Positions 1-9,892 of a stretch of 64,000 bases of DNA are shown in pieces (position 1 is the stretch's first letter; the number at the start of each line of letters is the position of its first letter). The translations under genes and the position numbers were made by a program. Under the pieces are notes generated by a model. It did no database searches, was not told the origin of the DNA, and was given only the letters and a program-made list of their open reading frames with translations. Source of the DNA: an uncultured Gammaproteobacteria bacterium. GTDB taxonomy: Bacteria; Pseudomonadota; Gammaproteobacteria; SZUA-229. Location of the stretch: the NCBI GenBank assembly GCA_963924875.1, contig CAWUSX010000036.1, positions 31,129 through 95,128 on the forward strand, read 5' to 3'.

Positions 1-120
1 GTCTTTGCCGCCTGATAAGCCAAGCAAAATACGATCGCCTTCACGGATCATATTAAAGTCCATCAGGGCGCGACCAGTTTGACGCAATAAGCTTTTGGGT
101 GGTTTTATAAATTCAGACAT
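1..120 (-). CDS. ttcA: tRNA 2-thiocytidine biosynthesis protein TtcA, first 40 codons only (gene runs off the window edge)
   Basis: Reverse complement of 1-120 reads [40 protein letters not shown], with the ATG at 118-120. The DFNMI..GDRI...LSGGKD PP-loop context matches the TtcA N-terminus. Confidence 0.6.
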   Translation of the reverse strand, partial: MSEFIKPPKSLLRQTGRALMDFNMIREGDRILLGLSGGKD

Positions 121-193
121 GGCGCAAAGATACAGGCTGTGTTGTTAATTGCAAAGATTAATTGGCTAGTGCGTGATGAGTTTATTACAGGCA

Positions 194-222
194 ATAAAAA
201 ACCCAGCCTTCCTTGCCGGGTT
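194..222 (-). terminator. Rho-independent terminator of the candidate sRNA
   Basis: On the minus strand, AACCCGGC-AAGGAAG-GCUGGGUU forms an 8-bp stem with one G-U pair and a 7-nt loop containing GGA, followed by UUUUUAU. Confidence 0.6.
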
Positions 223-394
223 TTGGGCTTCCATTGCCCTGGTGATTGAGTATGGCGTTGTAGCTAGTTCCGTTTTTTCATATACTCCTGTATATATTCT
301 GCTCTTCCCTAGATTCCTTGTCCTTGCGCATCCTTTACTTGCTACGTCCTAACGATCCCTGTGTCCTTGTTGAAGCCATGTCCCTAATCCATGT
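194..394 (-). ncRNA. Candidate Csr/Rsm-family (CsrB/RsmY/RsmZ-like) CsrA-sequestering small RNA, about 200 nt
   Basis: There is no ORF here. The minus strand carries 13 GGA motifs in about 200 nt, mostly in CAAGGA, CAGGGA or AAGGAU contexts. It ends in an intrinsic terminator with GGA in the loop. A sigma70-like promoter and a GacA-box-like palindrome lie upstream. The ends are estimates. Confidence 0.6.
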
Positions 395-399
395 TGCAT

Positions 400-428
400 A
401 TTATGGGCAAGAGGCTTAAGTTTCACAA
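400..428 (-). promoter_or_regulatory. Putative sigma70 promoter for the candidate sRNA
   Basis: The minus strand reads TTGTGA (428-423), a 17-nt spacer, then CATAAT (405-400). The predicted transcription start is near 391-395. Confidence 0.4.
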
Positions 429-472
429 TCAGCTGAATAGGGAGCTTTATGTAAGGCTCGCTGCTGGTGTCA

Positions 473-490
473 TGTAGGATAATTCCTACA
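473..490. promoter_or_regulatory. GacA/UvrY-box-like palindrome (upstream activating sequence candidate)
   Basis: TGTAGGATAATTCCTACA is a perfect 7-bp inverted repeat with a 4-bp centre. It has the same 18-bp architecture as the TGTAAG-N6-CTTACA box found upstream of csrB/rsmY/rsmZ genes. It is centred about 88 bp upstream of the predicted sRNA start. Confidence 0.45.
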
Positions 491-531
491 TAATATAGGC
501 TTTGTTTCTCATGTATTAAAAAGGAGATGTC

Positions 532-1491
532 ATGATTGATTTATATCCGCCACTAAAACCATATGTTACCCATCATTTGCGAGTGGATGATCTGCATACC
601 TTGTATGTAGAAGAGTCGGGCAACCCACATGGATTGCCTGTTGTGTTTTTGCATGGTGGGCCAGGGACAGGGTGTGCACCTTACCATCGGCAATACTTTG
701 ATCCTGATGTATATCGCATTGTGCTGTTTGATCAGCGCGGTTGTGGCAAATCTACCCCGCATGCAAGTTTAATAAATAATACGACCTGGGATTTGGTGGC
801 AGATATCGAGCTTATTCGTCAGCATCTGCATATTGATCAATGGGTGGTATTTGGCGGTTCCTGGGGTTCAACGTTGGCGCTGTTGTATGCTGAAACGCAT
901 GCAGAATATGTATGCGGTCTGGTTCTGCGCGGCATTTTCCTGGCGAGAAATAAAGATGTGCAGTGGTTTTATCAGCAAGGTACAAATAGCCTGTTTCCTG
1001 ATTACTGGGAAAAATTTGTTGGGCCTATTCCTGTGAATGAGCGAGATGACATCATTGGTGCATATTATCGACAACTCACTGGCGATAATGAGGTGCAAAA
1101 ATTACGTGCGGCTAAGGCATGGTCGGTATGGGAAGGCATGACGGCGACGTTGCTAACCGATGAATCTGTGGTAGGTAGTTTTTCTGCATCACATGCAGCC
1201 CTGAGTATTGCGCGCATTGAGTGTCACTATTTCATAAATGATAGCTGGCTGAAGCCAAATCAAATTATTGCCGATATTGATAAAATTCGGCATATACCAG
1301 CGTATATAGTGCAGGGTCGATATGATGTGATTTGCCCTGTCGAGCAGGCATGGGAGCTATCTAAGGCATGGCCTGAGGCCGATTTAAGTATTGTTGCAGA
1401 TGCGGGGCATGCGGTTGTTGAACCAGGCATTACCGAATCTTTGTTGAAGGCGACGCGTGCAATAGCTGAAACCATTAAATATAAAAAGTGA
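532..1491 (+). CDS. pip: Proline iminopeptidase (prolyl aminopeptidase, alpha/beta hydrolase)
   Basis: 319-aa ORF with the HGGPG oxyanion motif, FDQRGCGKS, and the GGSWGS nucleophile elbow typical of Pip. Confidence 0.85.
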   Translation: MIDLYPPLKPYVTHHLRVDDLHTLYVEESGNPHGLPVVFLHGGPGTGCAPYHRQYFDPDVYRIVLFDQRGCGKSTPHASLINNTTWDLVADIELIRQHLHIDQWVVFGGSWGSTLALLYAETHAEYVCGLVLRGIFLARNKDVQWFYQQGTNSLFPDYWEKFVGPIPVNERDDIIGAYYRQLTGDNEVQKLRAAKAWSVWEGMTATLLTDESVVGSFSASHAALSIARIECHYFINDSWLKPNQIIADIDKIRHIPAYIVQGRYDVICPVEQAWELSKAWPEADLSIVADAGHAVVEPGITESLLKATRAIAETIKYKK

Positions 1492-1500
1492 AATATTAAG

Positions 1501-1938
1501 ATGATTGCGTTGTTGCAAAGAGTCTCGAATGCGAGTGTTGAAGTAGAAGGTGAGCAGATAGCGTGCATTAATCGAGGCTTACTGGTATTGCTTGGCGTGG
1601 AAAAGAATGATGACGTAGCTAAAGCGAACAAGTTAATAAATAAAATTCTGAGCTATCGTGTTTTTGAGGATGAGGCAGGGAAAATGAATTTAAGTTTAAG
1701 GGACACCGGCGGGGAGTTGTTGCTGGTGCCTCAATTCACACTGGCGGCAGACACCAATAGTGGTATGCGCCCGAGCTTTTCATCGGCTGCGGTACCTGTT
1801 GAGGCTCACCAGTGGTTTGATTTTGTGGTGCAAGAAAGTAGGCAGGCCTTAGGACGGGTGCAGGCCGGGCGGTTTGGCGCTGATATGAAAGTCAGTCTGG
1901 TAAATGATGGCCCGGTGACGTTTTGGTTGCAGAGCTGA
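1501..1938 (+). CDS. dtd: D-aminoacyl-tRNA deacylase
   Basis: 145-aa ORF. It begins [11 protein letters not shown] and ends [12 protein letters not shown], as Dtd proteins do. Confidence 0.9.
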   Translation: MIALLQRVSNASVEVEGEQIACINRGLLVLLGVEKNDDVAKANKLINKILSYRVFEDEAGKMNLSLRDTGGELLLVPQFTLAADTNSGMRPSFSSAAVPVEAHQWFDFVVQESRQALGRVQAGRFGADMKVSLVNDGPVTFWLQS

Positions 1939-2300
1939 TTTTTCATCGTGCATTCTATTTTGTTGCTTAATTTAGCAGTTTATAGCTTCAGATGAAGGTA
2001 AAAATGACAGGCTTATTTCATAAATTTGATCGAAGATGATATTTTCAGGCATCCATTTTGGCTTGTAATATCATGGGTATAAGTATTTTCTATGAGCTTT
2101 AATTCGGCTTTTGTATGTATTACATGGCATAAAAGCTAAAAAACTGGTTTTTATTATATAATTCTGCCTTATGTATTGACACAAGTCAGTGTCTTGGTTA
2201 TTAATTGCAGGTAAGGGGTTTATCAATAAATATTATTTGGGTTTACTTTGCATGCCTTAATATATTTCTTCATTAGATGATTTAACAGATAGGATCGGTT

Positions 2301-2567
2301 ATGGGTGGCAAGCCAAATTGTAGGTGTGTGATTTCTTTTTTATGGACGGACGCCCTGGTGGTGGGTTGTTTGGTGTTTTTGGTTTTTGCTTTTATTGATC
2401 CGGCTGATATAGCGGTTGCCTTATTGCTTGAGGTTGATGAGTCAGTCTTCCGAATAAAAACCTATTTATTTAGCTTTTTGTTTTTGTGGTTGGCCTTTGC
2501 GGCATCTACCTTCCTCAATTGCTACTTTACGCGTATGAAATATAATTCAGAAAATCCAACCGAGTAG
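2301..2567 (+). CDS. Hypothetical small membrane protein (two predicted hydrophobic helices)
   Basis: 88-aa ORF with AGGA 8 nt upstream of the ATG, followed by a good terminator at 2602-2636. I recognise no family. Confidence 0.4.
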   Translation: MGGKPNCRCVISFLWTDALVVGCLVFLVFAFIDPADIAVALLLEVDESVFRIKTYLFSFLFLWLAFAASTFLNCYFTRMKYNSENPTE

Positions 2568-2601
2568 TTAATACGTTAAAGCTGGGTTTGGTTATATTGA
2601 T

Positions 2602-2636
2602 GAGGCCGCACTCCATGAGGGTGTGGCCTTTTTTAA
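2602..2636 (+). terminator. Rho-independent terminator
   Basis: AGGCCGCAC-loop-GTGTGGCCT forms a 9-bp stem with one G-U pair, followed by TTTTTT. Confidence 0.6.
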
Positions 2637-2763
2637 TGCGGGTTTGGATTTAAAGTTATTACTCTTTGTCTATAGGAGATGAAGCACGGCAATTGTTTTA
2701 ACAAGGCGTATTACAGTGTATCCTATAGCACTTATATACCCCAATTTTTGGAGACTCAAATAA

Positions 2764-3357
2764 ATGACTGATCGCACTGCGAAAGTCGCTCGTGACACCC
2801 TCGAGACGCAGATTACTGTTGAAGTAAATCTAGATGGAACAGGCAAGTCTGAATTCAATACAGGCGTGCCATTTCTGGATCACATGATGGATCAGATTGC
2901 ACGTCACGGGCTAATCGACTTGAACGTACAGGCTAAGGGTGATTTGCACATTGACGCACACCATACAGTTGAAGATATCGGCATTACATTGGGTCAGGCG
3001 GTAAATAAGGCCGTGGGCGACAAGAAAGGCATTACTCGTTACGGGCATGCCTATGTGCCATTGGATGAGGCCCTGTCTCGTGTGGTGATCGATTTTTCAG
3101 GCAGGCCAGGTTTAGAGATGCCCGTTGATTTCCCGCGTGCCAGTATCGGTGGTTTTGATGTCGACCTGTTTTTTGAGTTTTTTCAAGGGTTTACAAATCA
3201 CGCCAAAGTAACCTTGCATATCGACTCTATTCGAGGACGTAATGCGCACCATGTGGCAGAAACTATTTTTAAGGCATTTGGCCGCGCGCTACGCATGGCA
3301 CTAACGGCAGATGATCGAATGCAGGGTGTTATGCCATCTACCAAAGGAAGCCTGTAG
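2764..3357 (+). CDS. hisB: Imidazoleglycerol-phosphate dehydratase
   Basis: 197-aa ORF with RDT.ET.I.V.L.LDG, HH..E and other IGPD motifs. It is monofunctional in length. Confidence 0.93.
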   Translation: MTDRTAKVARDTLETQITVEVNLDGTGKSEFNTGVPFLDHMMDQIARHGLIDLNVQAKGDLHIDAHHTVEDIGITLGQAVNKAVGDKKGITRYGHAYVPLDEALSRVVIDFSGRPGLEMPVDFPRASIGGFDVDLFFEFFQGFTNHAKVTLHIDSIRGRNAHHVAETIFKAFGRALRMALTADDRMQGVMPSTKGSL

Positions 3358-3998
3358 TGGCGCAAATTGTTGTTGTTGACTATGGTATGGGCAATTTACG
3401 CTCAGTTGCTAAAGCAATCGAGCATGTGGCAAGTGGCCAGGATGTCATTATCTCCTCAAACGCTAAAGATATCGCCAATGCCGATCGTGTTGTATTCCCC
3501 GGACAAGGCGCTGCGCGTGATTGCATGCGTGAGCTGGCCGAGCGTGACTTGCAGCAAGTATTGCTTGCGGCGGCAAAAGAAAAGCCATTTTTAGGCATTT
3601 GCATGGGCATGCAGGTTCTACTGTCGCATAGCGAAGAAAATGACGGCATTGATTGCCTTGGTTTATATGATGGAGATGTGCGCTTTTTCGGCAATGATTT
3701 AAAGGGTGCGCAAGGTGAAAAACTTAAAATTCCACATATGGGCTGGAATGAGCTTAAGCACACAGGTAATCATCCTTTATGGCAAGGCATAAAGGACAAT
3801 AGTCGTTTTTACTTTGTGCACAGTTTTTATATAGATCCGCTTGATAAGCAGCTAATTGCCGCGACGACGGACTATGGTCTTGAGTTTGTTTCGGCAATCG
3901 CTAAAGACAATGTGTTTGCGCTGCAGTGTCATCCTGAGAAGAGTGCACAGGATGGTTTGCAGCTACTAAAAAACTTTTCGCAGTGGAGTGGCGCGTAA
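3357..3998 (+). CDS. hisH: Imidazole glycerol phosphate synthase, glutamine amidotransferase subunit
   Basis: 213-aa ORF with a GTG start overlapping the hisB stop. It has GMGN, GICMGMQ (catalytic Cys) and QCHPEKS motifs. Confidence 0.92.
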   Translation: MAQIVVVDYGMGNLRSVAKAIEHVASGQDVIISSNAKDIANADRVVFPGQGAARDCMRELAERDLQQVLLAAAKEKPFLGICMGMQVLLSHSEENDGIDCLGLYDGDVRFFGNDLKGAQGEKLKIPHMGWNELKHTGNHPLWQGIKDNSRFYFVHSFYIDPLDKQLIAATTDYGLEFVSAIAKDNVFALQCHPEKSAQDGLQLLKNFSQWSGA

Positions 3999-4070
3999 TT
4001 AGTATTACGTGAGCTTTATGTGCTTAGGCTTAATGAATTTTTATCAATAAATAAACAGGTGATTAGTTAA

Positions 4071-4811
4071 ATGTTACTTATACCCGCTATTGATTTGAAA
4101 GATGGACAATGTGTTCGCCTACGTCAAGGAATAATGGAAGATAATACGGTGTTCTCCGATGACCCAGTTGCGATGGCTGGTAAGTGGGTAGCCGCAGGTT
4201 GTCGTCGATTGCATCTAGTGGATTTGAATGGCGCCTTCGAAGGTAAGCCAGTCAATGCAGATGTGGTGCACCAAATAGTCGAGGCATACCCTGATGTGCC
4301 TGTGCAAATTGGTGGCGGTATTCGCGATGAAAAAACCATCGAAACCTATTTAGATGCCGGTGTTAAATATGTGATTATCGGTACTAAGGCGGTTACAGAT
4401 CCGCATTTTATAAGTGAAATTTGTGCGGGCTTCCCGGGGCATATTATTGTTGGCCTGGATGCGAAAGACGGTAAAGTAGCAACCGAAGGCTGGTCTAAAG
4501 TGTCGCGTCATGATGTGATTGATATGGCGCAGCGCTTTGAAGAAGACGGTGTGGAATCTATTATTTATACCGATATTTCACGTGATGGAATGATGCAGGG
4601 TGTGAATGTTGAAGCCACTGTTAAGTTGGCTCAAGCGATACATATTCCAGTCGTTGCATCGGGTGGTATTACCAATATGGATGATATTAAGGCATTGGTC
4701 GCCGTCGAAGACGAAGGCATAATGGGTGCGATTACAGGCCGTGCCATTTACGAAGGCACGTTAGATTTTGAAGCCGCTCAGAAATGGGCTGATGAGCAGG
4801 TACAGGGCTAA
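4071..4811 (+). CDS. hisA: ProFAR isomerase (1-(5-phosphoribosyl)-5-[(5-phosphoribosylamino)methylideneamino]imidazole-4-carboxamide isomerase)
   Basis: 246-aa [20 protein letters not shown] and the downstream GGGIR motif are typical of HisA. Confidence 0.92.
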   Translation: MLLIPAIDLKDGQCVRLRQGIMEDNTVFSDDPVAMAGKWVAAGCRRLHLVDLNGAFEGKPVNADVVHQIVEAYPDVPVQIGGGIRDEKTIETYLDAGVKYVIIGTKAVTDPHFISEICAGFPGHIIVGLDAKDGKVATEGWSKVSRHDVIDMAQRFEEDGVESIIYTDISRDGMMQGVNVEATVKLAQAIHIPVVASGGITNMDDIKALVAVEDEGIMGAITGRAIYEGTLDFEAAQKWADEQVQG

Positions 4812-4818
4812 ATTTAAC

Positions 4819-5592
4819 ATGTCATTAGCAAAACGAATTATACCCTGTCTGGATGTCCGCGATGGTCGCGTAGTAAAAGGCGTACAGTTTGTCGACATAC
4901 GTGATGCGGGTGATCCGGTAGAGGTCGCGCGTCGTTATGACCAGGAGGGTGCGGATGAAATCACATTTCTTGATATTACTGCGAGTTCAGATGATCGTGA
5001 AACGATTGTGCATGTTGTAGAGCAAGTGGCGGAACAGGTATTTATTCCGTTAACGGTTGGCGGTGGTATACGCACAGTTGATGATGTGCGTCGCATGTTG
5101 AACGCCGGTGCTGACAAGGTGGCGATTAATACAGCGGCGGTATTTAATCCAGAATTTGTAAAACAGGCATCGGATCGAGTAGGTTCGCAATGCATTGTTG
5201 TTGCCATCGATGCAAAAAAAGTCAGCCATGAAGGCGAGCCTAATCGATGGGAAATTTTCACTCACGGCGGGCGTAAGCCCACGGGTTTAGATGCCATCGA
5301 ATGGGCCAAAAAAATGGCTGAGTATGGTGCAGGTGAAATATTACTCACAAGTATGGATCGTGATGGTACCAAAACAGGTTTTGATCTGCAGTTAACGGCA
5401 GCGATTAGTGATGCGGTAAATATCCCTGTTATTGCATCGGGTGGCGTTGGTAACCTGGATCATTTGGCTGAAGGTGTGTTGCAGGGTAAAGCTGATGCTG
5501 TACTAGCCGCAAGCATATTCCATTTTGCGGAATACACGGTTGAAGAAGCTAAACGGCATATGGCCTCCAAAGGAATTGAAATGCGCCTATAA
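4819..5592 (+). CDS. hisF: Imidazole glycerol phosphate synthase, cyclase subunit
   Basis: The tracked ORF starts at 4768. The conserved N-terminus [13 protein letters not shown] begins at the ATG at 4819, just after the hisA stop. Confidence 0.92.
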   Translation: MSLAKRIIPCLDVRDGRVVKGVQFVDIRDAGDPVEVARRYDQEGADEITFLDITASSDDRETIVHVVEQVAEQVFIPLTVGGGIRTVDDVRRMLNAGADKVAINTAAVFNPEFVKQASDRVGSQCIVVAIDAKKVSHEGEPNRWEIFTHGGRKPTGLDAIEWAKKMAEYGAGEILLTSMDRDGTKTGFDLQLTAAISDAVNIPVIASGGVGNLDHLAEGVLQGKADAVLAASIFHFAEYTVEEAKRHMASKGIEMRL

Positions 5593-5654
5593 GCGCTTTT
5601 TGCAATGACAGCAATGGTCACTTCTACAAACGCCCTTATGTTAAAATAACAAAC

Positions 5655-6038
5655 ATGAATGAAGACTGGTTAGATCAAATTAAGTGGACGGATGACGGTT
5701 TGGTACCGGCTATAGCGCAGGATGCTGAAACCGGTCGCGTATTAATGTTTGCCTGGATGAGCCGTGAGTCTTTGCGCTTAACGGTCGAAAAGAATGAAGC
5801 GGTATATTACTCGCGCTCTCGGCAGAAGTTATGGCATAAAGGCGAAGAATCGGGGCATACGCAAAAGATAAAGTCTTTACGCCTGGATTGTGATGGCGAT
5901 GTTATTACCATGCAAATTGAGCAAACCGGTGGTATTGCTTGTCATACAGGCAGAGAAAGCTGTTTTTATCGAGAGTTTAAAGATGGTGAGTGGGTAGTTA
6001 CCGACGATGTCATTAAAGACCCAAAAGATATTTATTAG
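5655..6038 (+). CDS. hisI: Phosphoribosyl-AMP cyclohydrolase
   Basis: 127-aa ORF with [15 protein letters not shown] and LDCDGD motifs. Confidence 0.9.
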   Translation: MNEDWLDQIKWTDDGLVPAIAQDAETGRVLMFAWMSRESLRLTVEKNEAVYYSRSRQKLWHKGEESGHTQKIKSLRLDCDGDVITMQIEQTGGIACHTGRESCFYREFKDGEWVVTDDVIKDPKDIY

Positions 6039-6085
6039 ATCTTTTTGTTTGATCTATTGATTAGGAATAAGCTAGCAGAACGATA

Positions 6086-6403
6086 ATGAGTGATACTTTA
6101 ACAAAATTGGCAGATGTTTTAGAACAGCGGAAAAATGCTGATGCTGGTTCGTCTTATGTAGCTAAGTTGTATAGCAAAGGCCTCGATTCTATTTTGAAAA
6201 AAATAGGTGAAGAGGCTACAGAAACAGTGATGGCTGCAAAAGATGGAGATGCTGAAAAAATTATTTATGAAACAGCAGACCTTTGGTTTCATACAATGGT
6301 GTTGCTTGCGCAACAGGGCTTACACCCTGATGATGTTTTAAAAGAATTAGATAGGCGCTTTGGTTTGTCAGGGCTTGAAGAAAAAGCTTCAAGAGAAAAA
6401 TAA
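6086..6403 (+). CDS. hisE: Phosphoribosyl-ATP pyrophosphatase
   Basis: 105-aa ORF with the SYV.KL...G...I.KK.GEEA.E and AD...H motif arrangement of HisE. Confidence 0.9.
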   Translation: MSDTLTKLADVLEQRKNADAGSSYVAKLYSKGLDSILKKIGEEATETVMAAKDGDAEKIIYETADLWFHTMVLLAQQGLHPDDVLKELDRRFGLSGLEEKASREK

Positions 6404-6458
6404 ATGGCTGCACATGAAATGTGTAGGTAGTAACGATTAGATTATTGAGGAATTCGAA

Positions 6459-6680
6459 ATGGGCATTAGTATTTGGCAGTTAGCAATTGTACTGGGTATT
6501 GTTATTTTATTGTTTGGAACTAAGAAGCTACGCAATATGGGTGGTGATATGGGTTCGGCAATTAATAGCTTTAAAAAAGCCATGAAAGATGGCTCTAAAG
6601 ATGCAGATAAAAACCTTGATAAAAAAGAAGGTGAGACTATCGATGCAGAAGTTGCAAGTAAAGATAAAGATCAGGCTTAA
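6459..6680 (+). CDS. tatA: Twin-arginine translocase subunit TatA
   Basis: 73-aa ORF with an N-terminal TM helix, then [11 protein letters not shown] in the TatA/E pattern. Confidence 0.9.
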   Translation: MGISIWQLAIVLGIVILLFGTKKLRNMGGDMGSAINSFKKAMKDGSKDADKNLDKKEGETIDAEVASKDKDQA

Positions 6681-6705
6681 GATGATAAATTGATTAAATA
6701 CTGAC

Positions 6706-7191
6706 ATGTTTGATATTGGTTTTTTAGAAATAGTTGTAATTATGGTGCTGGCACTATTGGTGTTAGGGCCAGAACGCTTGCCTAAGGCTGCGCGTTCGGT
6801 TGGCTATTGGTTTGGTAAAGCTCGACGTTATGTTGAAGGAATGAAGGCACAAGTTGAAGCAGAATTTGATTCAACCGAAGTTAAGCGTTTATTGCATAAT
6901 CAGGAAGTTCAAATACGTGAATTACAGGGCAAATTAAACCCAATAGATAATCTTTCGAGCACTGATCTACAAAATAAATTTTTAAATGATGATGATCCAG
7001 GCACTGGTCATATTGAATCGACAGCAGAAGAAATAGCAGAAAAAGTGGTAGAAAAACCAGCAGCGCCTCAATATGAAATGATTGAGGAAGGCGATGATCG
7101 CTGGGATGATTTAGAGGATAGCAATTCCTCTGTCGAAAAAGTCGCAGAACAACCCGCTGAAGAAAAGCATACCTCGGATAAAGCTCAATGA
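6706..7191 (+). CDS. tatB: Twin-arginine translocase subunit TatB
   Basis: 161-aa ORF. MFDIGF.E......LLVLGPERLP is the TatB N-terminus, followed by an acidic tail. Confidence 0.88.
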   Translation: MFDIGFLEIVVIMVLALLVLGPERLPKAARSVGYWFGKARRYVEGMKAQVEAEFDSTEVKRLLHNQEVQIRELQGKLNPIDNLSSTDLQNKFLNDDDPGTGHIESTAEEIAEKVVEKPAAPQYEMIEEGDDRWDDLEDSNSSVEKVAEQPAEEKHTSDKAQ

Positions 7192-8027
7192 GTGAGCCGC
7201 TGGGTAGTAATGAAAATAATGCTCAAGAGTTAGGTTTTGTTGGTCATTTAATGGAACTGCGCGATAGATTGTTGCGCAGTGTATTAGTTGTTATTGGCGT
7301 ATTTCTGCTCGCCTTTCCATTTGCAAATGAGATTTATCACATATTGGCTTTGCCACTGGTAAGTAACTTGCCAGAGGGCGGCAGTATGATTGCAACGGGT
7401 GTAGTATCTCCCTTTCTAACGCCCATCAAGCTGGCATTTATTGTATCTATTTTTGCGGCATTTCCGTATTTAATGTTTGAGGCCTGGGCGTTTATTGCGC
7501 CGGGTTTGTATAAGCATGAAAAAAAGTTAGCTGTACCGCTTATTGTCTCTAGCGCCATTTTGTTTTATGTCGGTATTTTATTTGCTTACTATATAGTGTT
7601 GCCGAATGTCTTTATATTTATGATGTCGATGGCCATAGATGGTGTTACTCATTCGCCAGACATTACCTATTATTTAGACTTCGCCTTAAAATTATTTTTT
7701 GCATTTGGTCTTGCCTTTGAGGTACCTATTGCAACGATATTACTCGTCCTCGGTGGTGTAACCACACCGGATAGTTTGTCAGAAAAACGCCCATATATTA
7801 TTGTTGGTGCGTTTATTTTTGGTATGCTGTTAACACCGCCGGATCCAGCGTCGCAAGTTATGCTGGCTGTGCCTATGTGGATACTATTTGAAATAGGTCT
7901 ATTACTGTCTCGTATGATCAAGAAAAAAGAATCTGCAGATGACGAGTATGAAGATTTATCAGAAGAAGATATGGATGCAGAGTTAGATCGCATTGAAGCC
8001 GAAGAAGATAAATCTTCCAAGCTATAG
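7188..8027 (+). CDS. tatC: Twin-arginine translocase subunit TatC
   Basis: 279-aa polytopic ORF that overlaps the tatB stop by 4 nt. It has HL.ELR.RL and the LTPPD motif. Confidence 0.9.
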   Translation: MSEPLGSNENNAQELGFVGHLMELRDRLLRSVLVVIGVFLLAFPFANEIYHILALPLVSNLPEGGSMIATGVVSPFLTPIKLAFIVSIFAAFPYLMFEAWAFIAPGLYKHEKKLAVPLIVSSAILFYVGILFAYYIVLPNVFIFMMSMAIDGVTHSPDITYYLDFALKLFFAFGLAFEVPIATILLVLGGVTTPDSLSEKRPYIIVGAFIFGMLLTPPDPASQVMLAVPMWILFEIGLLLSRMIKKKESADDEYEDLSEEDMDAELDRIEAEEDKSSKL

Positions 8028-8224
8028 TGTTGTTTCTGTGGCTTAATTCATGGATGGGTTTATGTAATGTACAAATCGATATCTGATTAGATACAGTGAG
8101 TATTTTGAGTTTTTTCATGCCTCAACATGTATAAAGTTTTTTTTAAGCCCACACAGCGGGCTTAAAATTTGATATAATTTGCGCCGCAAAATCAGGTATA
8201 AATTAGCAACTATAGAGCAAAGTA

Positions 8225-9769
8225 ATGGCCGAGAAACGTAGTGTCCCACGTTGTCCCACTATATTAATTATCTTAGATGGTTTTGGTGTTAATCCAAGCC
8301 GTATTAATAATGCTGTTGTTGAAGCAAACACGCCTCGCTTAGACGAATATTTTTCTAAAAATGCACATATTACTCTGGATGCCTCAGGGCTTTCTGTTGG
8401 TTTGCCACCAGGCCAGATGGGTAATTCTGAGGTAGGTCACCTTACCCTGGGTTGCGGCACCGTTTTGCGACAGGATTTAGTGCGCATAGACGATGCGATT
8501 GAGAGCGGTGAATTCCTCGAAAATGCGGCGCTGGTTGCTGCCATGGAAGATGCAGTAAAGCATGATCGTCCAATGCATTTGGTGGGTCTGGTTTCTGATG
8601 GTGGTGTACATAGCCATGTAAAACACCTTTGCGCGCTGATTAAGATGTGCGCACACTATAAAGTTAAACCACTAGTTCATATGATCACTGACGGACGCGA
8701 CACAGCGCCTATGGCAGCTATGGGTTATTTGCCGGGTTTAGAAGAGTCTCTTGAAGACGCGGAAGGTGCAATTGCAACCATGTGCGGTCGCTACTATGCA
8801 ATGGATAGAGATAACCGTTGGGATAGAACAGAAATTGCCTGGAGGGCGATGGCTAATCTTGAGGGTGAGCAGCATGAAGCAGCGCGTTATGCGATAGAGT
8901 CATCTTATAACAATGACATCACAGATGAATTTATTCTGCCGTGTATTTTTCCAGAGGCAGAACCGATTCAGGAAGATGATAACGTTATTTTCTTTAACTT
9001 TAGAAATGATCGACCTCGTCAGCTGGCTGCAGCATTAAGTCAAAATGAATTTGATGGATTCCCCCGCGGCGACTTTGAGCCAGTGACGGTCACATGTCTA
9101 ACAGAATATGACCCGCATTATTTATTGCCTATAGCATTTGCACCGCAACGCCCAACAACGACGCTGGCATCAATTGTTAGTCGCGCGGGTTTTAAGCAAT
9201 TTCATTGCTCAGAAACTGAAAAATATGCACACGTAACCTTTTTCTTTAATGGTGGCCGTGAAGAAAAGTGGGCAGGTGAAGATCGCGTAATGATTCCATC
9301 ACCTAAAGTGGCAACGTATGATAAGTGCCCTGAAATGAGCGCCAAAGAAGTTGCAGATGCAATGATTAAAGCGTTGAAGTCACATGATTACGGATTTTTA
9401 GTTGTCAACTTTGCCAATGGAGATATGGTGGGGCACACGGCTAAGCGAGAAGCTATTATTGCGGCAGTAGAAGCCCTGGATGTTCAAGTAGGACGATTAT
9501 TAGATGTTGCCGTGGAAGAAGAATACTCGGTTTTCTTAACCGCCGATCATGGCAACTGTGATGAAATGGTTGACCCGGTAACGGGTGAACCGCATACACA
9601 ACATACTCTATACCCTGTACCTTGTATGATTATTGACAAAGAAAACTGGCACCTAAATACAGGCATGGGATTAAGTAGCGTGGCGCCAACGATTCTACAG
9701 TTAATGGGGCTTCAGCAGCCGCCAGAAATGTTAGGTAAGAGCGTACTATTAGTACCATATAGCGGTTAG
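8225..9769 (+). CDS. gpmI: 2,3-bisphosphoglycerate-independent phosphoglycerate mutase
   Basis: 514-aa ORF with LIILDG.G, the MGNSEVGH catalytic Ser region, DGGVHSH, and the ADHGN and NFANGDMVGHT motifs. Confidence 0.92.
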   Translation: MAEKRSVPRCPTILIILDGFGVNPSRINNAVVEANTPRLDEYFSKNAHITLDASGLSVGLPPGQMGNSEVGHLTLGCGTVLRQDLVRIDDAIESGEFLENAALVAAMEDAVKHDRPMHLVGLVSDGGVHSHVKHLCALIKMCAHYKVKPLVHMITDGRDTAPMAAMGYLPGLEESLEDAEGAIATMCGRYYAMDRDNRWDRTEIAWRAMANLEGEQHEAARYAIESSYNNDITDEFILPCIFPEAEPIQEDDNVIFFNFRNDRPRQLAAALSQNEFDGFPRGDFEPVTVTCLTEYDPHYLLPIAFAPQRPTTTLASIVSRAGFKQFHCSETEKYAHVTFFFNGGREEKWAGEDRVMIPSPKVATYDKCPEMSAKEVADAMIKALKSHDYGFLVVNFANGDMVGHTAKREAIIAAVEALDVQVGRLLDVAVEEEYSVFLTADHGNCDEMVDPVTGEPHTQHTLYPVPCMIIDKENWHLNTGMGLSSVAPTILQLMGLQQPPEMLGKSVLLVPYSG

Positions 9770-9892
9770 AAGTTACTAACTAATGAACGCCCTAAATTGT
9801 CTTTGCAGGATGTTTGGGTTTTTTTATGCCCAATGTAAAAATATATTTTTACGTATTTAATTATCTGATATATGAATATCAAAATTTAACCG

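Noticed and set aside
553-1631. Antisense and overlapping ORFs inside pip (553-762, 833-1036, 868-1098, 1260-1631). The same kind of ORF occurs inside nearly every long gene in the track, for example 3380-3763, 7670-8020, 14396-15010, 22862-23269, 25153-25628, 45331-45633, 48641-48937 and 52815-53132.
   Set aside because: Each lies wholly within, or antisense to, a gene that has clear family motifs. They have skewed, low-complexity or Cys/Ser/Arg-rich composition, no ribosome-binding site and no recognisable family. They are typical shadow ORFs.
9770-9892. Possible bidirectional terminator between gpmI and the hybrid kinase (CCCTAAA...TTTGGG followed by TTTTTTT)
   Set aside because: The stem needs a bulge and encloses a loop of about 16 nt. 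It is plausible but not convincing from sequence alone.
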